Of a stretch of DNA of 64,000 nucleotides, positions 12,801 to 24,215 are shown in pieces. Under the pieces are notes generated by a model that worked only from the letters and a program-made list of their open reading frames with translations, was not told the DNA's origin and searched no databases. A program made the translations under genes and the position numbers. The stretch's first letter is position 1. The number at the start of each line of letters is the position of its first letter. This stretch comes from Psammoneis japonica (lineage: Eukaryota), in NCBI GenBank assembly GCA_008632985.1, contig QPGO01000069.1:248001-312000 (forward strand), read 5' to 3'.

Positions 12801-15245
12801 GCCACCAGTTTCAAGGTGTGCAGAAATGGTGACATGGAAGCTGCTGCCTCGGCTGACTTCAGCATCTGCATGACATGAAAGAGATGGAGCCATGCCATCG
12901 TCAAAACAATCATTGGGTGATCCACAGCTTGCTCAAGCATGTGATCAAGAACATCCACAGCAGTGATCTTGACAGCTTCATCTTCATCTGTCACCAAGCA
13001 TTTCTTCTCAATGCACTTTCATGTTGCAGAGAGGCAAACGGCACTCACCATTGCACTTGTCTCTCTCAGAACTGCGCCCGGGTCACCAGGACTCAACACC
13101 CAGTTTAGCTGGGCTTCTGAGGTTTGCCACAACGAAAAGACATCAATCAAAAACGCACCACCAAAGAGCCGCCTGATGGCTTTCCAGCAAGTCAGCATTG
13201 CATGGAAGCCCCCAAGAACAACAATCAACCCCATGAGTCAGAACGACTCCTTCAAACAACACAATTTGAATGAATTGATGCATGGGTTGCCATCCCAGCC
13301 AAACGTGACTGGAAAATCTTCATGAAGAATCCAGCACTCGAGAGGAGTTGTTGAGAATTGCATTGTGCTTTTCCTCTCCCATGTCCACAATGTTTCAAGG
13401 GTGCTGTCATTGGAAAAATTGGTGTCAAGTGGTGGTTCCATGGTCACTTTGTCAACCGAAAGGAAAGTTGATGTTTCTCCGTGTGGATCATTGTCACTTT
13501 CATCATTGACATCCCCGACATCGTGCCAATCAACTGTCATGGACGTGTCATCAAAGTGCAGTCTTGAATCAAAGTTTTCAATGACCACCCATGACATTGC
13601 TTCATTCCAATGTGGAATGCCCAGCCAATCAAATTCTGCAGCATGCAACATGATGTGCACATCATGCTCTGTCGGCCATTGTTTTTCTTGTTTGCACTCT
13701 GTGACCGACCAGATGCCCCCCCAACTGCATTGTTGCCAGGCATTCCTTGTCAGATTCATCAACACCTTTTGTTCCATCACAGCCAGCAAAATCTTCATGT
13801 TTTCTTTCCTCTTCCAGATCATGCTCTGGCTCCCGGCTGAGGACCTCCTTGTTGGGATTCTCAGGGTTGTGGTGCAGTCCATTCACAGTCGCTTGTTCAT
13901 TGTCATGCAAAGAGTCACTTGTTGCATTGTTTGGACATGTCCAACATCATTCTTTTTCCCACCTCAAACTTTGTGCCCACAGTTGTCTTGTTGGTTGGCG
14001 AGACAGTCGTGCTTGGATGATTTGGAGAAATCAAACCCTTCCAGAATCTTTTGGTCTGCAAGTTTCTTGTTCCCTTGCCTCACTGTTTGTTTCATTGTGG
14101 CTAGACCAAAGCCAGCAAGAAGTGATGAGATGTTGTCAGGCACTGCTTGTGCAGCCAAATGCGAGCCAACAAGGGATTGAATGATGCCAGCACTGGAATG
14201 CAAGCCGCGCACACTCCGCGCAACATCTGTCATGACAAACACCTTCTTGAACAGTCTGTTCCATTGCCGACTGTCCTCCAACTCCAATCTCTTTTCTTTC
14301 TCTGCTTCTTTTCTTGTGCTTCCATGAGAGAGACAGAACATGAAGTTGTGCAGAAAACTGTTGTCCTGACTTTGCAAGCTCTGCAAGTGCTCGCTCTGCA
14401 GGATGCGCGGTCGGGTTGCATTTCCGTGCAGCACTGGAGTTGTTTCTAATCAGAACCAAGTGAAGACGCTTCACCAGCTTGAAAAAATGACTTTGATTGC
14501 TCTCTCCCATTTCAGAAGGATCATCTTTTGGAGTGGCAACAGTCTGCAGGTCCAGCTTCCCATTGCCTTTCCATCCTGCCAAGGAAAGACCAACCAAATT
14601 TGTTTGGTGCTTGAGTGCCATTTCAAAATGTCAAACAAAGTCCTTCTTCTTGCCAGGAAGCACCATTTCATGTTCAGATTCTTTTGTTTGAGCACATGCT
14701 CTTCTGTGTCTGCTTGCATGCATTTAAGAGACTTGCACCAATGCATGGAGCAAAGTCGGGTGCAACTTGGACACATGAGCTTGTTCTGTTTCCCAAGACC
14801 AGTGCATGCTTCCGCAAAGCACTCAGCACAAACTTGATGTCTGGAGGAGCAAGAGAGCATAAAATGTGCGCTGCCTCCCTCGGGCATCCATTCATTGCAA
14901 CTTCAGCACTCAAAACCTGGCATTTCAGTTGCCACAGGCTGATCATGTTGATGACACTTAACATCGGAAGAATTTCGTGACACCTTTAGAGAGTGACGTT
15001 TTTGCCTTCCACGGCCACTCATTTCAAACAGAAACAACGTGAACAGATGCAACGAACAGTGCTTGATGATGCTGCCAAGTGTCAGGTGCCAGATCATTGC
15101 AGTTGCAGAGTGGTGGAGCACTGCGTCTTGCACGCCATGGTGGTGCATCATTTTTTGGTGTCAAAGTTGAATGTGGAGATTGACAAATCACTGGACGGTG
15201 GTCAGCACTTGGTGGAGATTTTCAGTCCGTTCACAGATGAACATG
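9900..15245 (-). mobile_element. Decayed DNA-transposon-like element with ~130-150 bp inverted repeats and a broken large minus-strand ORF
   Basis: 9917-10048 is the reverse complement of 15100-15229 (core gtgatttgtcaatctccacattcaactttgacaccaaaaaa). Internal minus-strand fragments include a RING-like C..H..C..C...CPSC near 14750-14890 and a transposase-like FGWDGNP...IVVLGGFH segment near 13190-13310. Confidence 0.6.
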
Positions 15246-15372
15246 GGCAAAAGCCACTTGTCAGTTGTGACAGTGGCTCCGTCAAATGGCGCATGTTTTG
15301 CAACACATGAGCAAAAGCCACTTGTCAGTTGTGACAGCGGCTCTGTCAAACAATGCATGTCAGCAGCACATG
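15242..15372. repeat. Tandem duplication, ~64-bp unit
   Basis: catg(g/a)gcaaaagccacttgtcagttgtgacag occurs at 15242 and 15306. Confidence 0.85.
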
Positions 15373-17078
15373 CAGGGAAAGATTTGCTTCAAACCCAAAA
15401 CAGGGAGAAATGCTGGTTGTGCATGCCTGGGTGGTCTGACACAGCAGGATGGCACACTCTCAGAGCACGCACCCCCAAGGAAGGTTTTTGCATCCAAAGT
15501 CAATTGAAAACAGCTTTTCAACTCTTCAAAATTTCACCCAAGTGTGCATCCAAACAAGGACCTGCATGGGGAGCTTCTCAGCTGGGGAGGAGCAGGGGAG
15601 GTTTTCCAGTTTTTGAAAGAGAAAACCCATCAGTGCATGCCGGGAGGTCTGTGAACTCTGAAACACTTTGAGCCTTGTTGCACCCTGTGCATTCTTGTCT
15701 GCTCCAGAGAAAAGCCTGCCATGGCACAGCTTGTCATGCGCTGTTCTGACTTTTTGTCTGTCACACAACTTTTTCTTTGCTGTGTTGTGTTGTTGTCTCT
15801 CTCTTTGCACAGAGAGAAAAGTGTTGTTTGTGACAATGGTGGGTCAGCATCTTGTCTGTGCTTGCAGCATCAAGTGGAAGAGTGCAGTGGCTCAACACAG
15901 AGGTTTTCAAGAAGCAGTGGATTTTTTGCCTGGCTTTGTGAGAAAAATGCACTCCAGAAGCCCCCCCCCCCATCAAGACCATCCAAGAAGGAAGTGCTGA
16001 AGAAAAGAAAAAAAGAAAAGAAAAAAAGCCATGCTTGTGCATGGGTGAGCTGCTCAGAGTGTGCAGAAGAGCGATGCTGTGTGTGTGACAGTGTGGGGTG
16101 TGCCAATGCCGCTTCTCTTCTCCAGCCACCATGGCTTGAAGACTGTCCGCAGCTCCAGAACTGAGCAGCAGCAAAGGGGGCAGGAGAGAGACATGTGCTG
16201 TTTCAAGCATGATTTTCATGCTGGCACTCATGCTCCAGGGGGTTGACCACTCAGGAAAGGCCAGTTGAAAAATGCATTTTTGATGGAGCTGGTGCAAGTG
16301 TGAGCCGCTCTCTTCACAAATGGCCACAGCATCACATTGACGTGCTGACAATGCCAAAAGCACAAAATGCAGAGCACCACCAACTTTGAGTCAAGTTCCC
16401 CAGCAACATTGACTGTGCAACACAAAAACAGCCAACCAAAGGTGCTTGTTGGTGGGAGGCAGGACAAGTCAGCAGGGTCATGAGCTGACAAGGGCAGCCC
16501 CAATTGTGGGCACATTCCAAACATGATTTTGCATTGATCGATTCAAGAATCAGACACAAGGAGTTTCTTGATGTGTTTCAGCTCCTGACAATGCAAAGTG
16601 TGCCAGCAGCCTTGAAATGTGCAGAGAATGAAATGACTGGGGTTCTTGCTGGGAAACACGCAATGAGGAAGATGGAGAACATCAGAAGGAAACAGGCTGT
16701 CAGATGGCGGTTTAGATCCAGGCTCCTTGAAAATCAGTTCCTTGAATTTGGTTAGAGATGCCATTGCGTGCGGGCATTCATCGAGATCACGTTGCATGTT
16801 AGAAGAGAAAAGACTTGAGCTCCTCTTGAATTGTCCAAAGTTTCTGACGTCGGTCACCGCTACAATGAATCTACGGTAGGAGTTGATTGCGACATTGCAA
16901 TGTTTCTTCATTCTTTGCGGCACCAATTTCGAGAGTCGCTACTCTAGGTCGCTGACAAGCTGCTTATGATATATGTATGGTTAAAATTCACGGGCTAAGA
17001 CCGCGAGTCGGCTTACACTTGCCATACGGCTTAGATTAAACGGGCTAAACAACGAAAAAAGAGAATCACCACTAGGAA

Positions 17079-17738
17079 TTAGCGTGATTCTTCATATTTC
17101 AACAGTCGCTGCGTCAAAGTCTTTGCATTTCCTTGAATATCTTGGCCTCTCTCTTTCAAAGCTTCTTTTAACTGCGATGGCTTCATCTTCTTGATTGTAA
17201 TTTTGTCAAGTTTCGGAATGGCAGCACCGCCCTTTTTCTTTTTCTTCCCATCATCCTCGTCATCACTATCGAGCGCGCCCGCTGCTTCAGCTCGTTTCTT
17301 ACGTTCCGCTTCTTCTGCTTCAGCTTGCTCCTTTTCTGCTTGCGCTTTAGCTTTCGCCGCTTCACGACGTTTCTTGACTTCTGCTAATTTGGCCATGTCT
17401 CGCTTGTACTCTTCGGTCAAACCAGCTTCATGGCGTTTCCGATACGCCGCAGCTTTTTCAGCCTTTTCACGTTCTTCTCGCTGTTTGCGTGTTTCACCGC
17501 CACCAGCACTACCTTCCACTGACATTTCAGCCACACGTTTACCCACTTCTTCCGCTTCTTTTTCCAAATCATCGCCTCCACCACCTGCTTCTTCCTCGGC
17601 TTCAGCGCGGCGTCTCGCACGTTCTTCATCGAGTTCTGCCAATCGCGAGTTTCGTGCTTCAATCTCTTCGGCACTCTGTGCTGCAAATCTCTTTCCAGAA
17701 CCACGCCCGCTACCTCGTTTGCCCTTACCGCGAGCCAT
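17079..17738 (-). CDS. PDAP1: PP28/PDGFA-associated (28 kDa heat- and acid-stable phosphoprotein)-like protein with a C-terminal SAP domain
   Basis: MARGKGKRG start. PP28-like segment TRKQREE...YRKRHEAGLTEEYKRDMAKLAEVKKRRE. SAP-like segment KMKPSQLKEALKERGQDIQGNAKTLTQRL. Confidence 0.75.
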   Translation of the reverse strand: MARGKGKRGSGRGSGKRFAAQSAEEIEARNSRLAELDEERARRRAEAEEEAGGGGDDLEKEAEEVGKRVAEMSVEGSAGGGETRKQREEREKAEKAAAYRKRHEAGLTEEYKRDMAKLAEVKKRREAAKAKAQAEKEQAEAEEAERKKRAEAAGALDSDDEDDGKKKKKGGAAIPKLDKITIKKMKPSQLKEALKERGQDIQGNAKTLTQRLLKYEESR

Positions 17739-18063
17739 TGTTCAATTCAAGAAAGGAAAGTATAGTAGTTGACACCTCTTCTCCCTGCTGCTCACTTGCA
17801 AACCTGAAGTCGAAAGTCGGTCATCGTCGATTTTGTTTCGGGTTATCAGCTGAATCTTTGTAAGCTCAGAACCTGTTTGTCGGAGGGAACTTTCCATTTC
17901 CAATTTTCAATGATGTACATTTCCCATTCCCGAACGAATAAGAACATCCGCCGTTGCGGACCACGTTGTTGTTGCCGAATTTGCAATCAACCTAAAACCC
18001 AGACAGCATCATGGTGTAAGTTATAACGCCGATTCTGTAGATACTAGAAAGGTTGCGCAGAAA

Positions 18064-20118
18064 ATGTTGCAGAAGTTTGCTCGAGTTGCTCCCTTGTCGG
18101 GGCGAAGACTGTTGCTTTCCACCCAGCAACCTACATGGCGCAGACATGGGCAGTCGGCATCGTCCTGTTTTTATTATGCAATTGACAGTCGTCCCAGAAG
18201 GTTTTCAACCGCAATTCAAGAAGAAAATAGAATAGAAAAAGAAGATACCAATCAGAAAGACTTGGAAAAAATCGAGAATGAAAACGACAGTCTGCAGACG
18301 CTTCGTCGGATAGCCGCCTTGTCAAAGCCGGAAATGAAGCTGATTGGCTTATCCGCCGCGACACTTGGAGTTACCAGCACAACGACTCTCATTCTACCCA
18401 CCGTATCTGGAAAAGTTGTGGATATGGCGCTGATTGCATCAGAAAGTGGCGATCCCTCCTCCTTTTCACCCACGTTGGTGGCACTTGGATTATTTGGCTT
18501 AACTGCTCTGGCGGGGGGTGGCGTCTATGTGCGATCATTGCTACTTACCAAAGCTGGTAATCGAATCGTATCACGAATGAGACAGTCGTTGTTTGCCAGT
18601 GTGCTTAGTCAGGATGCAGCTTATTTTGACACAACCAAGCCGGGAGATATTATTAATCGTCTCACATCCGATGCACAGCTGATTCAAGGAGCCGTCACGA
18701 CACAAGCAGTGGCTGCCTTGAGGGGAACCGTCATGTCGATTGGATCAACAGTCATGCTGTTTCAGACTTCCACAACACTAGCCATGGTTTCCTTGGGGAC
18801 CTTACCACCCATATTCCTAGCGGCGAGATTGGCCGGACAAACCTTGCGAGAAAAGCAAACCAAGGTTCAAAAGTTGCATGCGGAGGCCACCTCGACGGCA
18901 GAAGAGATTATTGGTGGAATGAAGACTGTGACTCAGTTTGTGGCAGAACGGCACGAGTTGGATCGGTATGGAAGTGCTGTCACTAAAGCGCATGATGAGG
19001 CAATCTCAACGGGAAAAACACAAGCTTTTTTTGACAGTGCGGTTCACATTGGGGCAAACGGAGCGGTTCTTTGTGTCTTGGGTTATGGAGGAACGTTGGT
19101 ACTCTCGGGTGCCATTTCGGCAGGAGACTTGACTGGCTTTCTCATGTACTCATTGTTGCTGGCGGGAAATGTTAGTTCTCTTTCTGGTACCTATGCGGAA
19201 ATGATGAAGGCGGCAGCTGCAGCGGACCGAGTCTTTGAAGTCATGGACCGAAAACCATCCATACCACCGACAATGCCTTTTCCATTACATGTCGACAGTC
19301 TGCAAGAAGACATTAGTCATGAAAACCATCCTGCAATTGCATCATCACGCCCACTCTCGGTGGAATTTCAAAATGTCAAGTTTCGTTATCCCACTCGACC
19401 AGATAAAGTTATCCTTGACAACTTCTCATTGGATATTCGTCCAGGCAAAGTCATGGCCATTGTAGGTGGTTCAGGTAGTGGCAAATCGACCATTGCGGCT
19501 CTTTTAACGAGATTGTACGATGTGGATGAAAACAGTAACGTCGATGGAAGCCATGTGCTTGTGGATGGCAAAAATGTCACGGATATGGATCCTGCTTTCC
19601 TCAGAAGCTGCGTCGGGATAGTCTCGCAAGAACCCTTGTTGTTTGATGGCACCATTTTAGAAAACATTCGTTATGGAAAACGATCAGCGACAGACGAAGA
19701 AGTCTTGGAGGCGGCAAGGATTGCCAATGTACTTGAGTTTACAAATACATTTCCTCATGGATTAGAGACAAAGGTTGGTTCTCGTGGTGCTCAGTTGTCC
19801 GGTGGTCAGAAGCAACGGGTGGCAATCGCCAGACTGTGCGTCAAGGATCCTCCAATTGTAATCTTTGACGAAGCAACGAGTGCTCTTGATGCCGAAAGTG
19901 AGTACCACGTAAAGGAAGCAATTGACACGGTAATGAAGGGAAGGACTGTGATTTCCATTGCCCATCGCCTCTCGACAATTCGAGGCGCTGATAGAATAGC
20001 AGTTTTGCAAAATGGACAAATAGCCGAGGTCGGAACATATGAAGAACTTGTTCAGAAAGAGAATGGTGCTTTTCTTCAATTGATGGGGCGGCAGATCGTT
20101 AGCAGCGACACACAATAG
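18064..20118 (+). CDS. Mitochondrial ABCB half-transporter (ABCB10/Mdl1-like)
   Basis: Arg/Ser-rich presequence, transmembrane domain, Walker A GGSGSGKST, Q-loop VSQEP, signature LSGGQKQR, Walker B IFDEATSALD, IAHRLST. Intronless, 684 aa. Confidence 0.92.
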   Translation: MLQKFARVAPLSGRRLLLSTQQPTWRRHGQSASSCFYYAIDSRPRRFSTAIQEENRIEKEDTNQKDLEKIENENDSLQTLRRIAALSKPEMKLIGLSAATLGVTSTTTLILPTVSGKVVDMALIASESGDPSSFSPTLVALGLFGLTALAGGGVYVRSLLLTKAGNRIVSRMRQSLFASVLSQDAAYFDTTKPGDIINRLTSDAQLIQGAVTTQAVAALRGTVMSIGSTVMLFQTSTTLAMVSLGTLPPIFLAARLAGQTLREKQTKVQKLHAEATSTAEEIIGGMKTVTQFVAERHELDRYGSAVTKAHDEAISTGKTQAFFDSAVHIGANGAVLCVLGYGGTLVLSGAISAGDLTGFLMYSLLLAGNVSSLSGTYAEMMKAAAAADRVFEVMDRKPSIPPTMPFPLHVDSLQEDISHENHPAIASSRPLSVEFQNVKFRYPTRPDKVILDNFSLDIRPGKVMAIVGGSGSGKSTIAALLTRLYDVDENSNVDGSHVLVDGKNVTDMDPAFLRSCVGIVSQEPLLFDGTILENIRYGKRSATDEEVLEAARIANVLEFTNTFPHGLETKVGSRGAQLSGGQKQRVAIARLCVKDPPIVIFDEATSALDAESEYHVKEAIDTVMKGRTVISIAHRLSTIRGADRIAVLQNGQIAEVGTYEELVQKENGAFLQLMGRQIVSSDTQ

Positions 20119-20156
20119 CTAATATTCCAGAATCCTTAGAATTATCGAGTACACTT

Positions 20157-21762
20157 CTACTTCTTGCTCTTTGATTGCTTGGACTTGAACTCCTTCAGCA
20201 TCTTGTCGAGGCGGATAAAGAACTCATCTACCTCACCTCTGTCTACTCCTATAGCACACGCCGCCGTCATGTAAGCATGTGGATAGTCGTCGGTAGAGCT
20301 TCCAAACCCATCAAACTCGTACTCGCCAAACGACTTGGCTTGGCCTCTAGGGACTACTCGTGTCCCGCTGATGCAACGCTTGAAAAGCATGGATCCAAAA
20401 TACGAGATATCAGAGGCCACTGATTTCAAATATTCCTCTTCAGTTTCTCCTTCATTGTGTTGACTCCGAGCTAGACTATCCAGTGTAATCCCATAGGATA
20501 TCGAGTTGGAAGGCAGTGAAGAAGACGCTCTCCATGCTTTTGAGCCACGCTGCTAAGTTTTGTTGAAAAATCGACCAAAAGTTGATTGCGTTCGTCAAGT
20601 AGTCTTTTGTATCCCGACAACCCCATTGACAGCAGTGTAATGAACAAATCTAAAATTGGGGATGATGAAGCTCTTCCGGCGTACACCTTTCCTACATTTT
20701 TTATAACCGTCTCATTTGGCGACACGACAATTCCACCACCTTCGAACAATAGGCCAAAGCGATTCGTGAATTGTCCACAAAAAAGTGGGAAATGCAGATC
20801 ACATCCTTGAGTTACTGAGAGAGACACTCACCTACTGGAACAAGAAAGTTCTTGTCTGTAGAACAGATAACGGCATCGACTCGTCCAACAACACAGGCGC
20901 GATTGAGGAGCTTGGCCGTCTTCTGGCACTGTAGTCCGTATGCATTGTTGATTACATGTGCGACTCCCTCTTTCTCACATAGCTTGGCAACAAGATCGAC
21001 ACGATCGGGTACCCGCGGAGCAAAGCAGGACGTTGTTGTAATGACGGCGAGAACCTGACCTTTGTGTTGCTCTAAAGCTTTTTCCATTGCATCCATGTCT
21101 GTCACCACCTCATCGCCTTCAACCTTGGTGGGGACCACAACGCATGTCAAGCCTGCCGATTGGATTGCTTTGAAACAGCTCTTCTGGTCGATGCGACTCC
21201 ACAATACAATGTTCTTATTCCTCGTTTCTTCATTTCCAACCCGTAAACTACTTAGAACAAGTGACATGGACATGCCTGTGCACAGCGGCAACAAAATACC
21301 ATGAGACGCAACGCCCCGTGCATCCAAGCCGCTTCCTCGTCTCATAGCATCCATCGCCATCATCAGAGTGAGTTTCGCCATGACACTGGATCCGACCGCC
21401 TTGGGCTGCGGCTCTGTAATATCGCCACTCCGACCGATACCATGACTAAAACCAAAGTGACGCTGCGATACCAGTGACGAATAGACACGCCCCTCGCGCT
21501 CTCCAACTCCGCACCATCGTGAGTTGCTGTTGCTTTGGTCGCTTATTGCTGTGGTGGATTTGTTGTTGGTGTCTAACGTTGATAAAAGAAAAATAAAACT
21601 CTGAATCTGAACATCCGACCAGCCTGCATCTGGTAATCGGCGATTGACAAAAAGAGACTTGTACTGTTTGTTGCACTTGATGAGATTTGATATGCCGACG
21701 TTTGCGTGAGTCTTGGGTATTTTGAGTGCGGTGAAGGAAGACAGAATGTCGTCCGGATCCAT
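20157..21762 (-). CDS. SEPSECS: O-phosphoseryl-tRNA(Sec) selenium transferase; intron 20740-20831, apparent 1-nt frameshift near 20510
   Basis: Motifs GVGEREGRV, HGIGRSGDI.EPQPKA.GSS, WSRIDQKSCFK, TTSCFAPRVPD, INNAYGLQ, STDKNFLVPVGG, YAGRASSSP, GSMLF.RCISGTRVV. Confidence 0.95.
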
Positions 21763-22263
21763 TTTGACTCTCTTTTTCTCAATAAACAAGAGATAAGAAA
21801 GGTTCGTGTACAAGAGCACCTACACGCTCATGCCAGATGTCACAACGTTGTCGCAATCTCCAATCTCCAAGTGAATCCAATGCAACGCCGCAACGTCGAA
21901 CGTCGCACGTCGCAAGTCGTGCGAGGTTTCCGTCGCGAGGGTTGCGTTCCTTTTCATGCATGCCGATCGATCGCGTCAGATGATTCCTCTCCTTCTTCTT
22001 TGCTTGTATAGTTCTACATGAATGACGCAAAGATAGGAACTTCAACATGCGTATCCAAAAGAACTCGACACGAATATTTGAAATTGTGAAACTGCCGCCG
22101 ATAAAAGAGAGATTATTACTGTATTGCAGATTATTGCAGCGCTGAATCCTCGAAGTTTGCTTCGTGATTCATGATAACCCCATTTCTTCTTCCACTAGCT
22201 CCCCTTTTCTTTTACTTCCCCTATTCCGCAAAGTTGCGTCAATCGAGCTTCCTGACGAGAAAA

Positions 22264-23146
22264 ATGACTCCGGTTTCATCAACAACGTCGAAGAATCATC
22301 ATCCGCCGTCGTGGGATTCGGTTGTTCCAGACTACGAATCTCGAGTCGAGCCGTTCACTGCCAGTTTTGTGGAGGAAATGCTAGAGCCATTTCACTCCAA
22401 CGAGACACGTGACAAGACGAAACTGAGGCTCCTCGATATGGGGTGCGGGACGGGTGCAGTTACACTGCGCGCCAGAGGAATGGGTTTCCAGGTGACCGCG
22501 ACGGATGTTTCCTCCGCCATGGTGAACCGGTTGCGTGAGCGTCACGATGCCATTTATGGATCATCAGCAGACAGCAATCTACTTGAGGGGGTTGTAGCAG
22601 ACGGACAAGACCTTCCAGAGAGCTGGGAGAATCGGTTTGACTATGCCGTTGGTGCGTTTTCAGTCATTTTCTTTCCAATGTCCCGCGTGGGTTGCAAGAG
22701 ATTCACAAGTGTCTAGTCCCAGGGACTGGCCGAATAGTTGTTTCAGCCTGGGGCACACCCGAAGAGACACCAGCGTTTCGAGTCTTTCCCGATGCAGTGC
22801 AAGCAGTCGTACCTAACAAGAAAGCGTGGTCAAACGCATCACTGGTTCGCCATCCACCTTGACGTCGCTCTTGGAGGAAGCTGGGTTTGAAGACATTTGC
22901 ATCATTGGTCCAGTCAAACGAATTTTGAGAATGCCATCATCCGAAGCCTTTTATGAGCGGTTCGCTTTAGGTTCACCGCATGCAGCCACAACAATTTCGG
23001 AGTTGACAAAGGATGAACAAGTGCAGCTGAAAGCAAAAGTCATGGAACTAGCCGAGGCAAGGGGTGGAGGGAGACCGGATGGTGCCATTGAAATACCATC
23101 GCACGCCTATTTTGCCTATGGGACAAAGCCGCGATCTAAAGAATAA
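22264..23146 (+). CDS. Class I SAM-dependent methyltransferase (apparent frameshifts near 22678 and 22825)
   Basis: Motifs LLDMGCGTG, TATDVSSAMV, VADGQDLP, FDYAV. The reading continues in another frame as GLQEIHKCLVPGTGRIVVSAW and then into ORF 22826-23146. Confidence 0.8.
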
Positions 23147-23525
23147 AATAGAATAAGTAGTGACTATGGTACATTCCAATGAGTAGTTTTTGTTGTAGCT
23201 AGTTAGTGAATCCTTTAGAGGTAGTGAATCCTTGAAAGGTACTAGAGGTGAGGACGCAGTGATGCCTGATAGTTGCTATACAACAAAATCAGCAGAGGAG
23301 CAATCACATCAACAATCAACACAAACATTAGAAACAGCGACAGATACTCAACTAGACTAACAGTAGTACCGTTCACTTTGAGTGAATCAAACATCTCGAG
23401 CTAGTGCCATTAATCTCTATACTTGTGAATACACAACACCAGCCAATCCATCTGACTTCTCTCAGATCAAAACCGATACACACCATTCGCATGAACCATT
23501 TCCTTTTCTTGCACAGAATCACAAC

Positions 23526-23858
23526 TTAAGGCTTGACAAGAGTTCCGTAACCAATGGAGAATCCAACGGCGAGAGAAACGACGCAAGCAACAAGGCCAGC
23601 TCCGTATCCAATCACGGTTCCCTCATCAACCTCGGTGGCATGGGCAGCCAAAGGAGCCATGGCCGTGGCAAAGGCGGCAAGAGCAGCGGCATTGGAGTTT
23701 GTCTCTTCCTTGGCTTCAGCGATAGGAGCTTCCTCGGAGAACTTGCTCACGGCGAGGGGAGCATTCTTGAAGGTGGTCGGTCGGGAGACAGGGACGGGAG
23801 CAAAGGCCGAAGCACAAGCGACAAGGACGGCAACAAGGAGGACGGTGAAGGACTTCAT
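23526..23858 (-). CDS. Small nucleus-encoded plastid protein: signal peptide, ASAFAP transit peptide, thylakoid signal and one transmembrane helix
   Basis: MKSFTVLLVAVLVACASA-FAP; second hydrophobic stretch ending in AHA; C-terminal helix VIGYGAGLVACVVSLAVGFSIGYG. Confidence 0.85.
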   Translation of the reverse strand: MKSFTVLLVAVLVACASAFAPVPVSRPTTFKNAPLAVSKFSEEAPIAEAKEETNSNAAALAAFATAMAPLAAHATEVDEGTVIGYGAGLVACVVSLAVGFSIGYGTLVKP

Positions 23859-24215
23859 GGTGATGTTGTTGTTGATATATCAGAACGATAATGACCACGG
23901 AAGGTTCACGGGAACGGTGTGTTAGTTGCAACGACGACAACAACAAGAGCAAACGTAAGTGCTTTTGCAGAACGTTCTCTGCCAATAAAAGTTCAACAAA
24001 TCGGACCACGTACGCACGTACGTTTTGTACCACACGTTTACGTAGCGCGCGAAAATTTGGCGCGAAAATCTTCACGATCTTCTTTGAGCTCCGTTTTTAC
24101 GTAGCTCGCGTTTCGCATGTCCGTCGACCGTTGTCCGTCGGTACTACGGCGATGCGTAGAATTCCACGTGGTACCGGACAGCTGCCTCCGAGCGGCAGAA
24201 ACTCAAAAAGTCACC

